Positions 61,451-64,000 of a DNA stretch of 64,000 bases are shown one piece after another; position 1 is the stretch's first letter; each line of letters starts with the position of its first letter. Both the position numbers and the translations under genes were made by a program. The notes beneath the pieces were generated by a model that ran no database searches, was not told the origin of the DNA, and saw nothing but the letters and a program-made list of their open reading frames with translations. Origin of the DNA: Macrostomum lignano (taxonomy: Eukaryota); the NCBI GenBank assembly GCA_002269645.1, contig NIVC01000620.1:1-64000 (forward strand), read 5' to 3'.

Positions 61451-63304
61451 TTACCGCAAAAAAAAGTTTTTGGCTGAATGTGGAAATTGTGTGGTAGTAC
61501 CGGCTTTTGCTTTCTTTATCGGTGCGGACATTGCTGCTGATATCCCTTGCCGCTTTTCGTAGCCTCTGAAGCACTGGCCGCCAGAAGCAGAATATGTCAC
61601 TTTACCATGCGGCGTCGCTCCTCGTCCTGGTGGTCTAGTGCTTTGGGCACCGTCACTGCTGCCATCATCATCTTCATCATCATCATCATCTTCTTCTTCT
61701 TCTTCTTCATCTTCAACTTCGTCTCTGTTCACACAGTCAATAAGCCAGGTTGTCACAATGACTCGTCCATTCTCCAACTTTGCCACTTTGTACTGAGCGC
61801 CTGCATCAGAGGACAGGATGTACTGTGGTATCTTTGATGTCAGCTGCAGTTTCAGTGAAGCTGCGCAAGGTGCCAGCTGAACTTCTGCTGGAACAGAGTT
61901 TTCCCCAGCCACAGCATAGGCCTGCTTTTCTATGTCTCTGCACAAACCTGCCATCTGCCAGGGACTCTGACGGAGCGACCTCGAGTTGATAAGCATTTTA
62001 GTAATGATGCAAACAGTGAAAAAATAGCGCTTATCCGACAAGAGCAGCATCTGATCTCTGACTGACATTTTCGTATCTTCATGAATAAGCTCAAAATCAC
62101 TGGGCATGGGAATGACCAGTTGAATATTACCAGAGTCTTTATCGACTCCCAGAATGTCCAGATTGCCGTCTTGTTCTTCCGTTAGGGCAAACAGTTTGGT
62201 GCAGTTTCCAGCAATGCACCACAGCTGCTTGGCGCCTTCATGCAACTCGGTGATGCAGATTCTTGACTTGAGAGCTCCGCTGAGGTCGGTCACTGTCACC
62301 GATGTCTCCTGAGCGATGAACAGCAGCTGTCGCTCATTGTCGCAGTGGAGATCTCGGATCGGCTGATCGGCCTCCCAGCTGCACGTGAGGCATCCAACTT
62401 CTTTTGCATCATCGGAGAGCAGCAAAATTTTAAACGCCATGTCTTTTGGGCTTGAACTGCCTTCAGGTATTGACTCTGGGGGCAGTTGGTGGTCTTTATC
62501 AGCTTCAGGTTGGACAGCTACAAAGATACTCGGCTGTGGCAGACAGTTGCTGCTATCCCCATTAGCCTTCTGTATCACACCTGACTGGTCAATGACAAAA
62601 CCTGTGGTGTTGCTGCACACTGTTAGGCATACTGCAGTTGTTAGCACCTCTGCCTTGCTTATTCTCTCTTCTGCTCAAAGTGCAATTTCTTCATCAAAAC
62701 GCCTAGAATCAGCAGCAGCATCAAACTGTTCAACGAGTTTTCTGAGTAAAACCAACTCAGCCCTCAGTCCGGTCTCAAGCTCTCTTATTCTCGAGTTCAA
62801 ATCCGGGTAAGCTGCGATTTCGACTGTCTGACTTTCCTCATCCAATCTCACCAGATTCGAGTCCAGCTGCAATGTTTTCAGCGATCCCTCCATGCTCCTG
62901 TTGATGAGGAAGGCCTGCCTCGTGTTTTTGTCATCTTTGGCTCTCTTTAGCTCTTTTTCAAAGTCATTCATGTCTGAGACAATTGACAGATGGTCCATGA
63001 GCTGGTCATGCTGCTTGGTAACGACAGCAACGAGCTCACTTTGACACCTGTTCAATGTCTCTCTCGGGTCGGTAAAGGTGTCATCGAGCAGCTGCAGGTC
63101 GGATGTGAGTCTCTGCTGCATCAGTCTCATGGGCTCCTGGTACTTCTTGAAGAGCTGCACTTTGTGGGCTACTCTGAGTTCAGCCTCGTCTACTTCGATG
63201 AAGTCTTGCTGCATGTGCAGGTCGCAGAGAGGCTGGCAGGTTACAGGCGACTCACCAACAGCGGGACTGCGGCAGAGGCGCATTGAACAAGGAGCGGGTT
63301 GCAT
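61451..63304 (-). pseudogene. close paralog of 48258..50246 with a single premature TGA
   Basis: ORFs 62675..63349 and 61451..62647 are in one frame, separated by TGA at 62675-62677 where the paralog has CGA (49617-49619). High identity throughout, different acidic tail. The ATG matching the paralog start is at about 63304. Confidence 0.85.
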
Positions 63305-64000
63305 GATTGCTGATTTTCTGCTGGTGGGCGCTTTGTGTACGAACTGCACTAGTGCCTTGAAGCTTTGCTCTGCAAATTTTAATACTAATACATGTACGTA
63401 GCTTTGCTAACCCCAGTGAAAGAAATTACTTAGACAACGGGACTTAAGAAACCTAACTCGTCAATGACAGGATTTAGACTGAACAATAATACAAGTAGGC
63501 AAAAATTGTCCAAACTGAAGGGCTTGCTTTATTGATTTATTCTTCTACTGAACTGTGCATACATTTTATTTTCCATAAAACTTACTCCTCCACACGAGGC
63601 AGTGCTGTTTGATTCGACGATCGATCTGAGAGGGATTGATTGAAGTTGATAAAAATTCATGCCATTTATTGTGGGAATTAGGTGTAGTGAAAGCTATAGC
63701 CATAGGGAAGTTAAAGGAATTATGCAGGTCTGGGTTATTCAAGATACGGAGGCAATGAGAAGGCCATGCGTTCGAGGAAAAAAAACATAAAACAATTATC
63801 CAAGGAATATTTGTTGTTTCTTTTCTTCCAGAGAACTCTATAAATTCCCACCTCTGACATGCTGTGTGGCATCTCTGTCAGTTACTTTTGCCATGCCGTT
63901 TTTAGGCTGTTGGACCTGCTTCTATCCTGCGCACATAATCCCCAGCAGTGCATTGGTACTCGCGATATATTAGCAATCGTAGTAATACATAGAAATCTTT

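Overview
Eukaryotic, animal-type genomic DNA: GT-AG introns, TTAGGG-type repeats and tRNA-derived SINEs. Host identity cannot be read from the sequence; a flatworm such as Macrostomum is only a guess from gene and repeat style. There are no prokaryotic features, CRISPR arrays, rRNA or true tRNA genes. Conserved genes are an intact 3-exon myotubularin (MTM1/MTMR1/MTMR2 type) and WDR83/MORG1, whose coding exon is split by a 1.1-kb hAT-type insertion. Lineage-specific genes are four copies of an intronless Zn-finger/coiled-coil/beta-propeller-like family with hypervariable acidic tails (one open, three disrupted), two frame-disrupted ankyrin-repeat genes, a PAN/C-type lectin gene, and an inverted lectin derivative whose body is replaced by about 45 copies of a 21-bp unit. 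About half the window is mobile or repetitive. It includes a 9.6-kb full-length Ty3/gypsy element nested in the LTR of an older relative, RTE and RNase H-bearing LINE fragments, a gypsy integrase/LTR relic, a 3.9-kb CCCAG-ended DNA element, several hAT-type MITEs, two SINEs, a ~1.3-kb-unit array seeded with telomere-like repeats, and many minisatellites. Most notable: (1) near-complete, directional CpG erasure plus CpA>TpA changes in the older LTR copy beside a CpG-rich young copy; (2) a third, non-env ORF conserved at protein level between the two LTR copies, next to a missing polypurine tract and an LTR-terminal hairpin; (3) a transposon in WDR83 that could be spliced out in frame; (4) the diversifying propeller-like gene family and the repeat-rebuilt lectin copy. 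All alignments and counts were done by eye, and some frameshifts may be assembly errors.
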